In this document: positions 49,435 to 60,026 of the stretch, in pieces
Numbering within the stretch: the first letter of the stretch is position 1
Layout of the letters: each line of letters opens with the position of its first letter
Source of the DNA: an uncultured Acidobacteriota bacterium
GTDB lineage: Bacteria > Acidobacteriota > Vicinamibacteria > Vicinamibacterales > UBA2999
Direction of reading: 5' to 3'
Assembly: GCA_963818645.1 (NCBI GenBank)
Contig: CAWFTF010000024.1
Location: 61,493-125,492 of the forward strand
DNA: 64,000 bases
Made by a program: the position numbers and the translations under genes
Notes under the pieces: model-generated
Databases searched by the model: none
What the model saw: only the letters and a program-made list of their open reading frames with translations
What the model was told of the DNA's origin: nothing

Positions 49435-51297
49435 AGTCGTAGGAATCGATCTCGGGACGACGAACAGTCTCGTCGCGTACGTGCGCGACGGCGTGCCGCA
49501 GGTGATTCGGGACGCGTCGGGCGATGGGCTCGTGCCGTCGGTCGTGTCTCTCGGCGAGGATGGGACCTTCTTCGTGGGCCGCGAGGCGCAGCGGCGTCTG
49601 CTGACGGCTCCGTCGCGCAGCGTCTACTCGGTCAAGCGATTCATGGGCCGCGGCATCGATGACGTCCGAGGTGAAGCGGAACTGCTGCCGTTCAGGGTTG
49701 GCGGTGAAGCCGGAGGCGTCGTCCGCATCGGGCTGGACGATCGTGAGTTCACGCCGCCGGAGATCTCTGCGTTCGTGCTTCGCGAATTGAAACAGCGCGC
49801 GGAAGATCATTTCCGCGAGCAGGGTGAGTTCGATTTCGAAGTCGATCGCGCCGTCATCACCGTGCCCGCCTATTTCAACGACGCGCAACGAACGGCGACG
49901 CGCGACGCCGGCCGGCTGGCCGGGCTCGAAGTGCTGCGCATCGTGAACGAGCCGACAGCCGCATCGCTCGCCTACGGCCTCGATCGCCGCGACCGCGGCA
50001 TCATCGCGGTCTACGACCTTGGCGGCGGCACGTTCGACATCTCGATCCTCAAGGTCGAAGATGGCGTGTTCCAGGTGCTCGCCACCAACGGCGACACGCA
50101 TCTGGGTGGCGACGACATCGATCGGCTCCTCGTGGAGTTGGTGCTGCGTGAGGTCGACCGAGAACAGGATCCGTCCCACGAGCAGGGCGGGTTTTGCACT
50201 CCAGACCAGCCGAAGATATTCAGGCGATCCGCAAGGCCGTGATTGCCGCGAAGCACGATCTCACGGATGTCGAGGAAACCGAGATTCGTCTCGAATCGCT
50301 CGACTACCGGCGACGGATCACGCGCGGCGAGTTCGAGCGACTGATTCGTCCGCTTGTCGAGCGAACGATTCAACCCGTTCGTCAGGCTCTCGCCGACGCA
50401 GGCCTCGAGCCGGCCGAAGTGGACGAGGCTGTCCTCGTTGGCGGCTCGACGCGAGTGCCATTCGTTCGACGGATCGTGTCGGAGCTGTTCGGCCGAACGC
50501 CGCACAGTGAGCTGAACCCGGATGAAGTCGTGGCGCTCGGTGCTGCCGTGCAGGCCGACATTCTGATCAGCGGCCGCCGCGAGATGCTGCTGCTCGACGT
50601 CACTCCACTCAGCCTCGGTATCGAAACGATGGGCGGAGTGGTGTCGAAGATCATCCTGCGCAACTCGACGATCCCGGCAAGCGGACGCGAGATGTTCACG
50701 ACCGGCGTCGACAATCAGACGTCGGTGGATATTCACGTACTGCAGGGCGAACGTGAACTGGCGAACGACTGCCGCTCACTCGCGCGGTTCAAGCTGCGCG
50801 GTATCCCGCCGATGCCGGCGGGTCTGCCGCGTATCGAAGTGAGGTTCCAGATCGACGCGAACGGAATCCTCAGTGTCGCGGCGTCGGAGCTGCGCACGAA
50901 CATCGCGCAGACGATCGAGGTCAAGCCGTCGTACGGCCTGACGGACCAGGAAGTGGAGCGCATGCTCATCGAGTCGTTCGAGCACGCGCAGGCCGACATC
51001 GAAGCGCGCCTGCTGATCGAGGCGCGCAACGAAGGGGAGTCGGTGATCACGGCGACGGAGAAGACGCTGCGCCGGCCGGACTTCCCGGAGATCGCCGCCG
51101 CCGATTTGCAGCCTGGTGAGCACGAGAAGATCCAGTCCGCCCTCGACGCGTTGAAGCAGGTAATGGGTGGCGCCGATCGCGACGCGGTTCGCGACCTGAC
51201 ACACGCCCTCAATCACGCCACACAGCACCTGGCAGAAGTCATGATGAACCGCGGCGTTCGCGAAGCGCTCGCTGGCAAAAATGTCAAAGATGTTTAA
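49427..51297 (+). CDS. hscA: Fe-S chaperone Hsp70; frameshift near 50200
   Basis: [47 protein letters not shown] and VKPSYGL. Confidence 0.92.
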
Positions 51298-51304
51298 GGA
51301 GAGC

Positions 51305-51447
51305 GCATTCTGGATTGACTGATCTTTGATTGGTGATTCGTTGTTGATTGGGGATTGTCGATTGATGATTGGCTCGGCCAATCTCAATATCAGAAATCAC
51401 AGATCAACAGGGAATCACAGATCGAGAATCATGAAATCTCCAATGCT
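51305..51447. repeat. inverted degenerate GATT/AATC repeat tract
   Basis: GATTG-rich arm facing an AATC/GATC-rich arm; same family as 55385-55520. Confidence 0.65.
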
Positions 51448-51452
51448 TTGAA

Positions 51453-51872
51453 ATGCCCAAAGTCACCTTCATCAAGGACGGTAAGGAAACGACCGTGGAG
51501 TTCGAGCACGGCAAGCTCGAATATCAGCATCACGGGCTGCCGGAATCGTTTCTCGACGTGGCGATGAACCTCGGTATTCCGCTGGAACATGCCTGTGGCG
51601 GAAGCTGCGCCTGCACGACGTGCCATCTCATCATCCGCGAGGGAGCGCAGAACCTGAGCGAAGAGCAGGACAACGAGCTCGATCGTCTCGACACGGCGTG
51701 GGATTTGACGACGAGCTCGCGGCTCGGGTGTCAGGCGGTCATCAAGGGCGACGTCGTAGCCGAGTTCCCGATGTATACGAGGAACTACGTGCAGGAGGGC
51801 GGCGCGATTCAACTCGGCAAGTCCGAAGAGCAAGGCGATCGAGACAAGGATCGCGACGGAGCCCGGCCATGA
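51453..51872 (+). CDS. fdx: ISC-type 2Fe-2S ferredoxin
   Basis: EHACGGSCACTTCH and SRLGCQ. Confidence 0.93.
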   Translation: MPKVTFIKDGKETTVEFEHGKLEYQHHGLPESFLDVAMNLGIPLEHACGGSCACTTCHLIIREGAQNLSEEQDNELDRLDTAWDLTTSSRLGCQAVIKGDVVAEFPMYTRNYVQEGGAIQLGKSEEQGDRDKDRDGARP

Positions 51873-52072
51873 AATGGACGAACTCTGAAGACATCGGGAT
51901 TGCCCTCTTTGAAAAGTTTCCAGCGGTTGACCCGCTCACGGTCCGGTTTACGGACCTGCGCGAAAGGGTGATGGGGCTCGACGGTTTCGACGATGACCCC
52001 AAGGCATCGAACGAACCGAAGCTCGAGGCTATCCAGATGGCTTGGTACGAAGAATGGAAGGACAACCACTAG
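51869..52072 (+). CDS. iscX: Fe-S assembly protein IscX
   Basis: MKWTNSEDI..L, VRFTDL, FDDDP..SNE..LEAIQ.AW. Confidence 0.92.
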   Translation: MKWTNSEDIGIALFEKFPAVDPLTVRFTDLRERVMGLDGFDDDPKASNEPKLEAIQMAWYEEWKDNH

Positions 52073-52119
52073 GGAGGGAGGAGAGAAACCGGTAAGATAT
52101 GCCGGCCGTCTAAAAAGAT

Positions 52120-52497
52120 ATGAGCTGCCGCCACATCCTTGCTGCGGCGTTTCTGTTGTCTACGCTGGCTCTGCCTGCCACGGCGCAGGACAAGGTCGAC
52201 GTGGCCAAGCTGCCCGTCAACCTGGCGCGACTTCAAAAACAACTGCAACAGACGACAGTCCGCGACGAAAGTGTGGGGCTCAACCTCCGATATGTCGTGG
52301 ACGTGTACGGGCAGGCTCCTCGGATCGAGCTTTTCCCAAAACGCGAGCCGGGCTTGTTCACGGGCCCGCCGCCGTACGGCGCCCCGACGCACCGCCAGAT
52401 GATCGAGCAGATCACGCCGCAGGAATATCGCGCGCCCGCCGCCGATTTTTCGGCGCTCTCCCGCTGGTTCGCCGACAAGTCGAAGGACAAGAAGTAA
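52120..52497 (+). CDS. exported hypothetical protein
   Basis: Signal peptide ending ATA-Q; no family recognised. Confidence 0.6.
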   Translation: MSCRHILAAAFLLSTLALPATAQDKVDVAKLPVNLARLQKQLQQTTVRDESVGLNLRYVVDVYGQAPRIELFPKREPGLFTGPPPYGAPTHRQMIEQITPQEYRAPAADFSALSRWFADKSKDKK

Positions 52498-52507
52498 TCT
52501 AACAACC

Positions 52508-53186
52508 GTGCGGGTACTGCTCGTCGCGGCCACAGAGGCCGAGGTCAGCCCTCTTGTCGCGGGATTGGGTCGCGCCTCGGCCGTCGGGCCGAGGGTCACG
52601 CGCTATCAGGGCAGCGGTCATGACATCGACATCCTGATCAGCGGCGTCGGAATGGTGGCGACCGCCACGTGGTGTTCGCGTGTACTTTCCGCCGAACGAT
52701 TCGACGTCGCGCTCAACCTCGGTGTCTGCGGCAGCTTCAAGCCGGAGATCTTTCCTGGCGCCGTCGTGCACGTGGTGTCCGATCGTCTGGCAGAACTGGG
52801 CGCCGAGGACGACGATACGTTTCTCACGATTCAGGAGATGAACCTGCTCTGGTGATGACGAGTTCCCGTTCACAGGTGGACGACTGGTCAATGCGTCACC
52901 ACCGGTGCTCGGAGTGCTCGCCAGCATGCGAGCCGTCAACGGCATCACGGTGAACACGGTGCACGGCAACGACGACTCCATCGCTCGTGTGACGAAACGC
53001 TTTTCGCCTGACGTCGAGAGCATGGAAGGCGCAGCCTTCATGTACGCCTGCCTGATTCAAGGTGTGCCCTTCGCGCAGGTGCGGGCGGTCTCGAACATGG
53101 TCGAGCGACGAAATCGGGCGGCCTGGAAGCTCACTGAGGCGATCGCGAACCTGGGCACCGTTACCCGACAGATTCTGGAGCCATGA
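52508..53186 (+). CDS. mqnB: futalosine hydrolase; frameshift near 52850
   Basis: LLVAATEAE, SGVG, ESMEGAA, VRAVSN.VE.R.R..W; overlaps mqnD. Confidence 0.85.
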
Positions 53187-54022
53187 CCCTTACTCTTGGA
53201 TTCTCGCCCTGCCCGAACGACTGCTTCATGTTCGATGCGATGGTGCATCGCCGGATCGATCTCGAGGGACTCGACTTCGACGTGCGCATGGCCGACATCG
53301 AAGCGCTGAACTCCGCCGCGTTCGCCGGCGGTGTCGACATCACGAAACTGAGCTTCCACGCCTTCGCCTACTGCGCGGACGACTACGTGCTGCTGGATGC
53401 TGGCAGCGCGCTCGGGCGGAACTGCGGACCACTGCTGATTTCGCAGCGACCGATCTCACCGGAAGAGGTCGCGGCCGGTGACTTGCGCATCGCGATCCCG
53501 GGCAAGTACACGACCGCCAACTTTCTCCTGAGCCTCGCGTTTCCTCGGGCGACCGACAAGTCGGAGTGTCTGTTCTCAGATATCGAAGCCGGAGTGCTCG
53601 ATGGCAGATTCGACGCGGGTCTCATCATTCACGAGAATCGCTTCACCTATGCGGACCGGGGACTGAAGAAGATCATCGACCTTGGCGAGTTCTGGGAGTC
53701 CGAGACCGGTGCCGCCATCCCGCTCGGTGGCATCGTCATCAGCCGTCGCCTGCCTGCAGACGTTCGACAACGCGTGAATCGGGTGATGCGCCGCAGCGTC
53801 GAGTACGCCTTCGCGAATCGAGACGCAAGTCTGCCGTTCGTGCGTGCCAACGCGCAGGCGATGAGCGACGAGGTGATGTACAAACACATCGACCTGTACG
53901 TGAACGAGTACTCGGTTGACCTTGGGGTGGACGGCAGACGCGCGGTTGAAGTGCTCTTCGAACGAGCGAGGAACTCGGGAGTGATACCTGAAATGAAAGA
54001 GGATCTCTTCCTCAGTGCCTGA
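53183..54022 (+). CDS. mqnD: 1,4-dihydroxy-6-naphthoate synthase
   Basis: GFSPCPND, DIEALN, IHENRFTY, IPLGG and HIDLYVNEYS. Confidence 0.95.
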   Translation: MTLTLGFSPCPNDCFMFDAMVHRRIDLEGLDFDVRMADIEALNSAAFAGGVDITKLSFHAFAYCADDYVLLDAGSALGRNCGPLLISQRPISPEEVAAGDLRIAIPGKYTTANFLLSLAFPRATDKSECLFSDIEAGVLDGRFDAGLIIHENRFTYADRGLKKIIDLGEFWESETGAAIPLGGIVISRRLPADVRQRVNRVMRRSVEYAFANRDASLPFVRANAQAMSDEVMYKHIDLYVNEYSVDLGVDGRRAVEVLFERARNSGVIPEMKEDLFLSA

Positions 54023-54552
54023 ATCCACCGTCATCGAAACGGAGCGTTTGCTGCTGAAGCCTCCAACCCGGGAGGACACACAGGCGATCTTCGAGCGTTA
54101 CGCCTCCGATGCAGAGGTCACGCGTTATCTGGGCTGGCCGACGCACACGTCGGTTCAGGACACGGAAGCATTTGTCGGATTCAGCCAGTCTGAGTGGGCG
54201 CGCTGGGGCGTGGGGCCATTGCTGGCTTTCGACAAAGAGAGCGGCACGCTGCTGGGAGGCTCAGGCGTCGTGATGGAAACCGCGGATCGCGCCGCGACCG
54301 GATATGTGTTCGCGCGCGACTCCTGGGGCAAGGGGTACGCAACCGAGTCTCTTCGCGCGATGGTCGCGCTGGCGGCTGAGTGTCAAGGTCGCACGCGTGT
54401 ATGCCTTGTGCCACGTCGACCATCAGGCGTCGTGTCGCGTCCTCGAGAAATGCGGCTTTCAGCGCGAAGGCGTGCTTCTCCGGCACCTGGTGTTTCCGAA
54501 TCTGTCGTCGGAACCGCTCGACGTGTTCCGCTACGCCCGATCGCCCGTATGA
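54015..54552 (+). CDS. RimJ/RimL-type GNAT acetyltransferase; frameshift near 54380
   Basis: IETERLLL, WGKGYATE and ASCRVLEKCGFQREG. Confidence 0.85.
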
Positions 54553-54592
54553 TCGGGCCACGACATCGTCACCGGCCACGAAACGAGGGGGT

Positions 54593-55387
54593 GTGATCGT
54601 GAAGGCGCTTATTCGCCACTCGGTTGTTCTGGCACTCGTGGTTACCGCTTCGATCGTTGCGCCGGTTCGTGCGCTGGCGCAGGGCGAAGCGCTCAACACA
54701 CCGAAACGCACTGCTCCTCCTGCCGCTACACCGCGCACTCCAGACGGCAAGGTGGACTTCTCAGGCATCTGGACTCCCGACCGGAAGTTCATCTACGACA
54801 TCAACGATGCGCTGAAGCCGGGCGAGACGCTGCCGATCCAGGATTGGGCGTTGAAGGTGACGCTCGAGCGTCTGTCGAAGGACGATCCCGAAGCGTTGTG
54901 TCTACCCGCCGGCGTGCCGCGGCAGGCGCCGTATCCGTGGCGGATTCTTCAGACGCCGACGCACATGTTCTTCCTCTTCGAGGGGAACATCCACAGCTAC
55001 CGGCAGATTTTCATGAACGCGAAGCACCCCGATCCGGCAGACCTCGACCCGACGTGGTATGGCCACTCAATCGGCCGTTTCGAGGGCGACACGCTGGTGA
55101 TCGATACGGTGGGCTTCAACGACAAATTCTGGTTCGACTTCGCCGGCCATCCGCACACTGAGAAGCTGCATACCATCGAGCGCTATCGGCGTCCCAGTTT
55201 TGGCAAGCTGGAATACGAGGTCACCATCGACGACCCGGGCGCGTTCACCAAGCCATTCACGCTCTACGGCAGCCACGACTACGACTCGGGCACCGAGCTC
55301 ATGGAGTACATCTGCAACGAAAACAACCAGGACGTCGAGCACATCGTCGGCAAGGATCCGCGCAATAAGTACTCGAAGCCCAACTGA
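54593..55387 (+). CDS. exported hypothetical protein
   Basis: Signal peptide; PRTPDGKVDFSGIW, CLPAGVPR, WYGHSIGRFEGDTLVIDTVGFND and EYICNEN. Confidence 0.75.
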   Translation: MIVKALIRHSVVLALVVTASIVAPVRALAQGEALNTPKRTAPPAATPRTPDGKVDFSGIWTPDRKFIYDINDALKPGETLPIQDWALKVTLERLSKDDPEALCLPAGVPRQAPYPWRILQTPTHMFFLFEGNIHSYRQIFMNAKHPDPADLDPTWYGHSIGRFEGDTLVIDTVGFNDKFWFDFAGHPHTEKLHTIERYRRPSFGKLEYEVTIDDPGAFTKPFTLYGSHDYDSGTELMEYICNENNQDVEHIVGKDPRNKYSKPN

Positions 55388-55520
55388 TTGCTGATTGGAT
55401 GATCTGTGATTGTTGAATGCTTGTTGATTGGCGATTGTTGAGCGTTGATTGAATCAGCAATCAAGAATCATCAGTCACCAACGAATCATCAATCAAAGAT
55501 CACCGCTCAGCAATGCATTC
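55385..55520. repeat. inverted degenerate GATTG/CAATC repeat tract between convergent genes
   Basis: TGATTG-rich arm facing an AATCA-rich arm. Confidence 0.65.
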
Positions 55521-56331
55521 AGGCGCGCAGGCGATGGTCCGCGATGTCCTGCGCGACACGCGAGACGATGCGATGGAGTTGGTGGACGCCTTCGGTGAGT
55601 GATGCCGGTCCTGGCTGCAGGATGTACGACGACTTGATCTCGTAGATGTGCCCGTCGCGAACGGCGGGTACATCCTCCCATCCCGGGCGATTGGCGATCC
55701 GTTCCGGGCGCACGGCCTTCCCGCACCACGACGCGACGATGACATCAGGCCGTCGCTCGATCACGGCCTCAGACGAAATGATTCGGTCGCGGCCGAGCCG
55801 CGCATCGCGAAGCTCGGGAAAAATCGGATCGCCGCCCGCGACCTCGATCAGTTCTTCAACCCACCGGATGCCTGAAATGAGCGGGTCGTCCCACTCCTCG
55901 AAATAGACACGCGGGCGCGTTGGAAGGCGCGTGGCTGCCGCTCGAATCGAGTCGATTTCGAGCTCGAGATCGGCGGCGAGCTTGTCGCCTCGCTCGGCGC
56001 AGCCGACGAGCGCCCCTACCATGCGGACCATCTGCAGGATCTCGGCGATGCTGCGCTGGTTGAACGCGACCACCGGGTATCCGCGTTTAACCAGCTCGCA
56101 GGTGATGGTTGCCTGCAGATCCGAGAATGCCAGGATCAAGTCAGGCTGGAGCTCTTCGATGCGATCGTACTTGGCGCTGATGAACGCGGACACTCTCGGC
56201 TTGCGTCGCGCCTCTGGCGGTCGCACGGTGTAACCGGACACACCGACGACGCGATGTCCTTCGCCCAGGAGATACAGCGTCTCTGTCGTTTCCTCGGTCA
56301 GGCAGACGATGCGTGAGGGGTACCGGGTCAT
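55519..56331 (-). CDS. cobalamin-binding protein (BtuF-like helical backbone) without signal peptide
   Basis: RIVCLTEETTETLY, PDLILAFSDLQ, YFEEWDDPLIS and ILQPGP. Confidence 0.8.
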   Translation of the reverse strand: MTRYPSRIVCLTEETTETLYLLGEGHRVVGVSGYTVRPPEARRKPRVSAFISAKYDRIEELQPDLILAFSDLQATITCELVKRGYPVVAFNQRSIAEILQMVRMVGALVGCAERGDKLAADLELEIDSIRAAATRLPTRPRVYFEEWDDPLISGIRWVEELIEVAGGDPIFPELRDARLGRDRIISSEAVIERRPDVIVASWCGKAVRPERIANRPGWEDVPAVRDGHIYEIKSSYILQPGPASLTEGVHQLHRIVSRVAQDIADHRLRA

Positions 56332-56994
56332 ACGTGTCGTAGCTCGAGATCGGTCCAGACGAACGGTTCGCGTGTGACGACTTGTCCAGTCTCGAGTTCG
56401 AGTGCGTTCGCGAACATCGGCCCGGCACTCACGCAGGTGTGGAACTCGCCGTTCTCGCCGCACGGATCGACGTGTGCGGGGAGGTCGTCCAGCAAAGACC
56501 GATCGAACGCGCGTCCAGCGAAGCTGGTGTCGAGCACGCGCGTATCGATGCACGAGAGTCGCGCCTGCAGTCCCTTCTCGATCATCTCTTCCGCGAGCCG
56601 TGCGGTCGGGAGGCCCCATACGGGGAACATCGGTTCGAGGCCCGTGCCTGCCAGTCGCTCCTCGCGATAGCGCCGCACATCTTCGAGAAACAGATCGCCG
56701 AAGGCAACGTGCGTGAAGCCGTCACTGACCGCGTCGGCAACGGCGATGGCCATGCGCTCTTCGTACACCTCGTTCGGACACGGATGCGGAATGGGGACGA
56801 CTCGGAGCGGCAGTCCCGCCATGCGCGCCTGCGCGGTGAGCACGCTGCGACGGACGGCATGCATCGCGACACGGTCAACGGCCTCGTTCACCGTGGTCAA
56901 CAACCCAGCCGACCGCACTCGGATGCGTTTCGTTGAGGCGATGCAAGGCCCACGCGCTGTCCTTGCCCGAGCTCCACGAGAGAAGGATCTTCAT
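56328..56994 (-). CDS. DUF71/diphthine-ammonia ligase-like PP-loop ATPase; frameshift near 56910
   Basis: LSWSSGKDS, AFGDLFLEDVRRYRE and DPCGENGEFHT. Confidence 0.85.
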
Positions 56995-57875
56995 TTGAAG
57001 GCGCCCGGATGAAGCGCGCGCGCGAACGCCTCTGTTGCGGCCGCCAGCCGCGGGCCTGGCACGACGAGGTAGTCGCCTGTCAGCAGGTGCACGCGATGGC
57101 CCCTGACCGCCGGAACCGACGACAGCGCTGACCATGCGTCGGGTTCGGGCGATGGAGTTTTCTCGATGAGGCCTGCGGCACGGACTTCGAGGATCACCTC
57201 CGGCGCTCGCGCGAGCATCGTTTCGGTCGACGGCTGCACCGACTCGCGTGAGACGTCCGCGAACACGTTCCTGCCGCCGGCGATGGTCAGCATTTCGTTG
57301 AGAAAACCCACGCCGCCGCTGGCGTACACCTCGCGCAGTGTTCCGGGCTGCCGTTCAAAGACCAGCATCGTGCGCGGTTGCGGGCGTCCTTTGACGCGAT
57401 CGCGCACCGCGTCGAGTCGAGCCTGAAGCGAGGAGACCAGCTTGTCGGCCTCGGCGCGATGACCTGTCGCGACGCCGATGTCTCGAATCGTGTCGAGCGT
57501 CGTTGCGATGCCACCGTGGCGATAGCTGAACGTGCGGTGACCCGCTCGCCCGAGTTGCTTCTCCAGGTCGGTCTGGGAGCCGTAGACGACGACGAGATCG
57601 GGCCGCAGTGCCAGAATGCGCTCGGTATCGGGATCGATCAGCGCGCCGACTTTCGGCAACGCCTTCACCTCGGGCGGGAACTCGTCGTGGCTGCTGACCG
57701 CTACCACCTGCGACCCGGCTCCGACCGCGAAGAGCATCTCCGTGATCGCCGGGACGAGCGACACGATTCGGCGCGGTGCCGAAACGGGCACCTTGTCCTG
57801 GGCTCGCGCAGCGAGCGCGAAGACGATGAAGGCGAGCGCAACGAGTGCGATCAGCTTTTGCGCACGAGCAGCCAC
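56991..57875 (-). CDS. btuF: periplasmic cobalamin-binding protein; start uncertain
   Basis: Signal peptide, RIVSLVPAITEMLFAVG and PGPRL; downstream of the B12 riboswitch. Confidence 0.8.
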   Translation of the reverse strand: MAARAQKLIALVALAFIVFALAARAQDKVPVSAPRRIVSLVPAITEMLFAVGAGSQVVAVSSHDEFPPEVKALPKVGALIDPDTERILALRPDLVVVYGSQTDLEKQLGRAGHRTFSYRHGGIATTLDTIRDIGVATGHRAEADKLVSSLQARLDAVRDRVKGRPQPRTMLVFERQPGTLREVYASGGVGFLNEMLTIAGGRNVFADVSRESVQPSTETMLARAPEVILEVRAAGLIEKTPSPEPDAWSALSSVPAVRGHRVHLLTGDYLVVPGPRLAAATEAFARALHPGAFK

Positions 57876-58906
57876 AGGAAGAACGGCCCTCCAATCATGG
57901 CGGTCACGATCCCGACGGGAATCTCCACGGGCGAGAGGATCGTCCGTGCGACCAGGTCGCACGCGACGAGAAACGCGGCGCCGAAGAGCGCCGACGCGGG
58001 CAGCACGATTCGATGATCGACGCCGACCAGCAGGCGAACCAGGTGCGGGACGACGATGCCAACGAATCCGATCGGCCCGGCCAGCGACACCGCGGCCGCC
58101 GTTGCCAGCGACGCACTGAAGAACGCGAGACGCTGTGCGCGCGGCACGTCAACGCCGCGTGCGGCGGCCGCATCCTTGCCGACGCTGAGCAGGTTGAGCG
58201 ACGAGGGCAGCAGTGCGAACAGGCCGAACGCAACGATCACCAGCGGCAGCGACGCGATCAACGTGTCGTAGCCTCCGATGTCCAGGTCGCCCATGATCCA
58301 GCGCGCGGCACGGTAGACCTGCGCGAAGTCGGCGAGGTACTGGACGAACATGATGAGGGCGGAGAGGAACGAATTGAGCGTGACGCCTGCAAGCAGGAGC
58401 ACCGACGTCGAGATCGCGTGGCCGCGCCGGCTGGCGAGCCAGTACACGACAGCGGTCGCGGCCGCAGCGCCGACAAGGCTGGCGGCCGGAACAGCGGAGA
58501 GCGGCCCGAGCGCAAATGCCCCGCCGAAGATGATGACCAGCATCGCGCCGAGCGATGCGCCCGCGGAGACACCCAGCGTGAACGGTGTGGCGAGCGGATT
58601 GCGCAACATCGCTTGAAAGACCACGCCAGCCGATGCCAGTGCGGATCCAACGAGCGCGCCGGCCAGGACGCGTGGAAGTCTGGCGACGAAGAAGATCTGG
58701 GCGTCGACGTTCTGGTCGAACGGAATCGACGGGTCGAACGCGCGCGTCAGGCTGATCGACGTCGTGCCGACGAGCGGCGCCAGGACGCACGTGACGACGG
58801 CCAGTGTGCCGAAACCGATGATCGTCGAGGCCAGGCGGCCGCGAATCGACGCGTGTCGCACGCGGCGCGGCAACGAGGATTCGTCGGCGGAGTCGAGTGT
58901 AATCAT
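57851..58906 (-). CDS. btuC: FecCD-family ABC permease for cobalamin
   Basis: RLPRV, RNPLATP..LGVSAGA, GPIGFVGIVVPH and GGPFFLWLL. Confidence 0.88.
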   Translation of the reverse strand: MITLDSADESSLPRRVRHASIRGRLASTIIGFGTLAVVTCVLAPLVGTTSISLTRAFDPSIPFDQNVDAQIFFVARLPRVLAGALVGSALASAGVVFQAMLRNPLATPFTLGVSAGASLGAMLVIIFGGAFALGPLSAVPAASLVGAAAATAVVYWLASRRGHAISTSVLLLAGVTLNSFLSALIMFVQYLADFAQVYRAARWIMGDLDIGGYDTLIASLPLVIVAFGLFALLPSSLNLLSVGKDAAAARGVDVPRAQRLAFFSASLATAAAVSLAGPIGFVGIVVPHLVRLLVGVDHRIVLPASALFGAAFLVACDLVARTILSPVEIPVGIVTAMIGGPFFLWLLVRKS

Positions 58907-59704
58907 GAAAGCCGACCCAGCGGCACTACGGTGAGGTGGCCGGCGAGTTCATGAAGGCGAACGTCGGCCTCCACGTCGTACAACTGACGCACCATCGCGG
59001 AGGTGAGCACCTCGGATGTGTTGCCCGAGGCCAGCACCCGTCCGTGTCGCATGAGCACGAGCGTGTCGCAGACGGAGGCGGCGAGGTTCAGGTCGTGCGT
59101 CGCGATCACCATCGTTGCCGAACGCTCGCGATTCAGGCGCTGCATCAGCAGACCGATCTCGAGTTGATATCCGAGATCGAGCGAGGCCGTCGGCTCGTCG
59201 AGCAGCAACACTTCGGGCGTTTGCGCGAGGGCGCTGGCGATGATGACGCGCTGTTTCTCACCGCCGCTGAGCGCCATGTACGAGCGCTCCGCGAGATGAG
59301 AAGTCCCCGTCGCTTCGAGCGATTCGACGAGCGATGGCGAGATCGGCGGGCCCCTCCAGTTGAAGGGGACCGAGATGCGGATGGCGGCCCATCAGCGCCA
59401 TCTCGAGCACGGTGTATTCGAATGCGGGATGCGTCTCCTGCGGGACCACGGCGATCCGTCGCGCGATGTGCCGCCGCGACATCGTCGTCAGCGCGCGGCC
59501 GTCGAGCGAGACGGTGCCGCTGTCCGGCGCGAGCACGCCGGCGAGCAGCTTGAGCAGCGTCGTTTTGCCGCAGCCGTTCGGGCCGATCAGCCCGGTCAGC
59601 GAGCCACGGGCGATGCGGACGCTGACGTCACGGACGGCATGCACCGGTTCGACACTGCTGCGCCGGTTGTAGGTGTAGGAAACGCGATCGGCAACCAGGA
59701 ACAT
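58903..59704 (-). CDS. btuD: ABC ATPase for cobalamin; frameshift(s) near 59280-59325
   Basis: [24 protein letters not shown] and HDLNLA. Confidence 0.88.
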
Positions 59705-59784
59705 TCGTCTCCTCCCGGCGTCCTTCGCGCCGGAGCACCTTGCGACTCGCGCGAGCGCGATCGAAGGCAGGGACTGATAGTTCA

Positions 59785-59962
59785 GGTGCGAGGTATCCTG
59801 GCTCGCGGAGCTGCGATGATTCGATCTGCCTTCCCGAGTCCGGCGGGTCTAGACCACCTGAACTCAGTGGCGTGTGCGATCGAATCTCTCCGCTTACAGT
59901 GGCGGGACCGCGTGGGTTTTCCACCCACTTCCCTCATCTCACCCGACGGGAGCTTTCCAGCG
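59785..59962 (-). promoter_or_regulatory. cobalamin riboswitch
   Basis: Minus strand has AGGGAA..GGTG.AAA.CC, CGGTCCCGCCACTGT, GCCACTG, GGGAAGG and GAGCCAGGA.ACCT, upstream of btuD. Confidence 0.92.
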
Positions 59963-60026
59963 GCGAGTATAGCACGCTAGAATTTACGAAGGTTTTGCCC
60001 ATCCAAATCGATGGGCGCTCACTGCT

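Noticed and set aside
1897..59704. About 20 frameshifts in about 17 genes (pxpA, acyl-CoA ligase, argF, argD, argB, queC, moeB, rrf2, hscA, mqnB, btuD and others) as pseudogenes or programmed frameshifts
   Set aside because: They are spread evenly, hit core genes whose motifs are otherwise intact, and show no shared slippery site. This fits long-read indel error; read polishing would confirm it.
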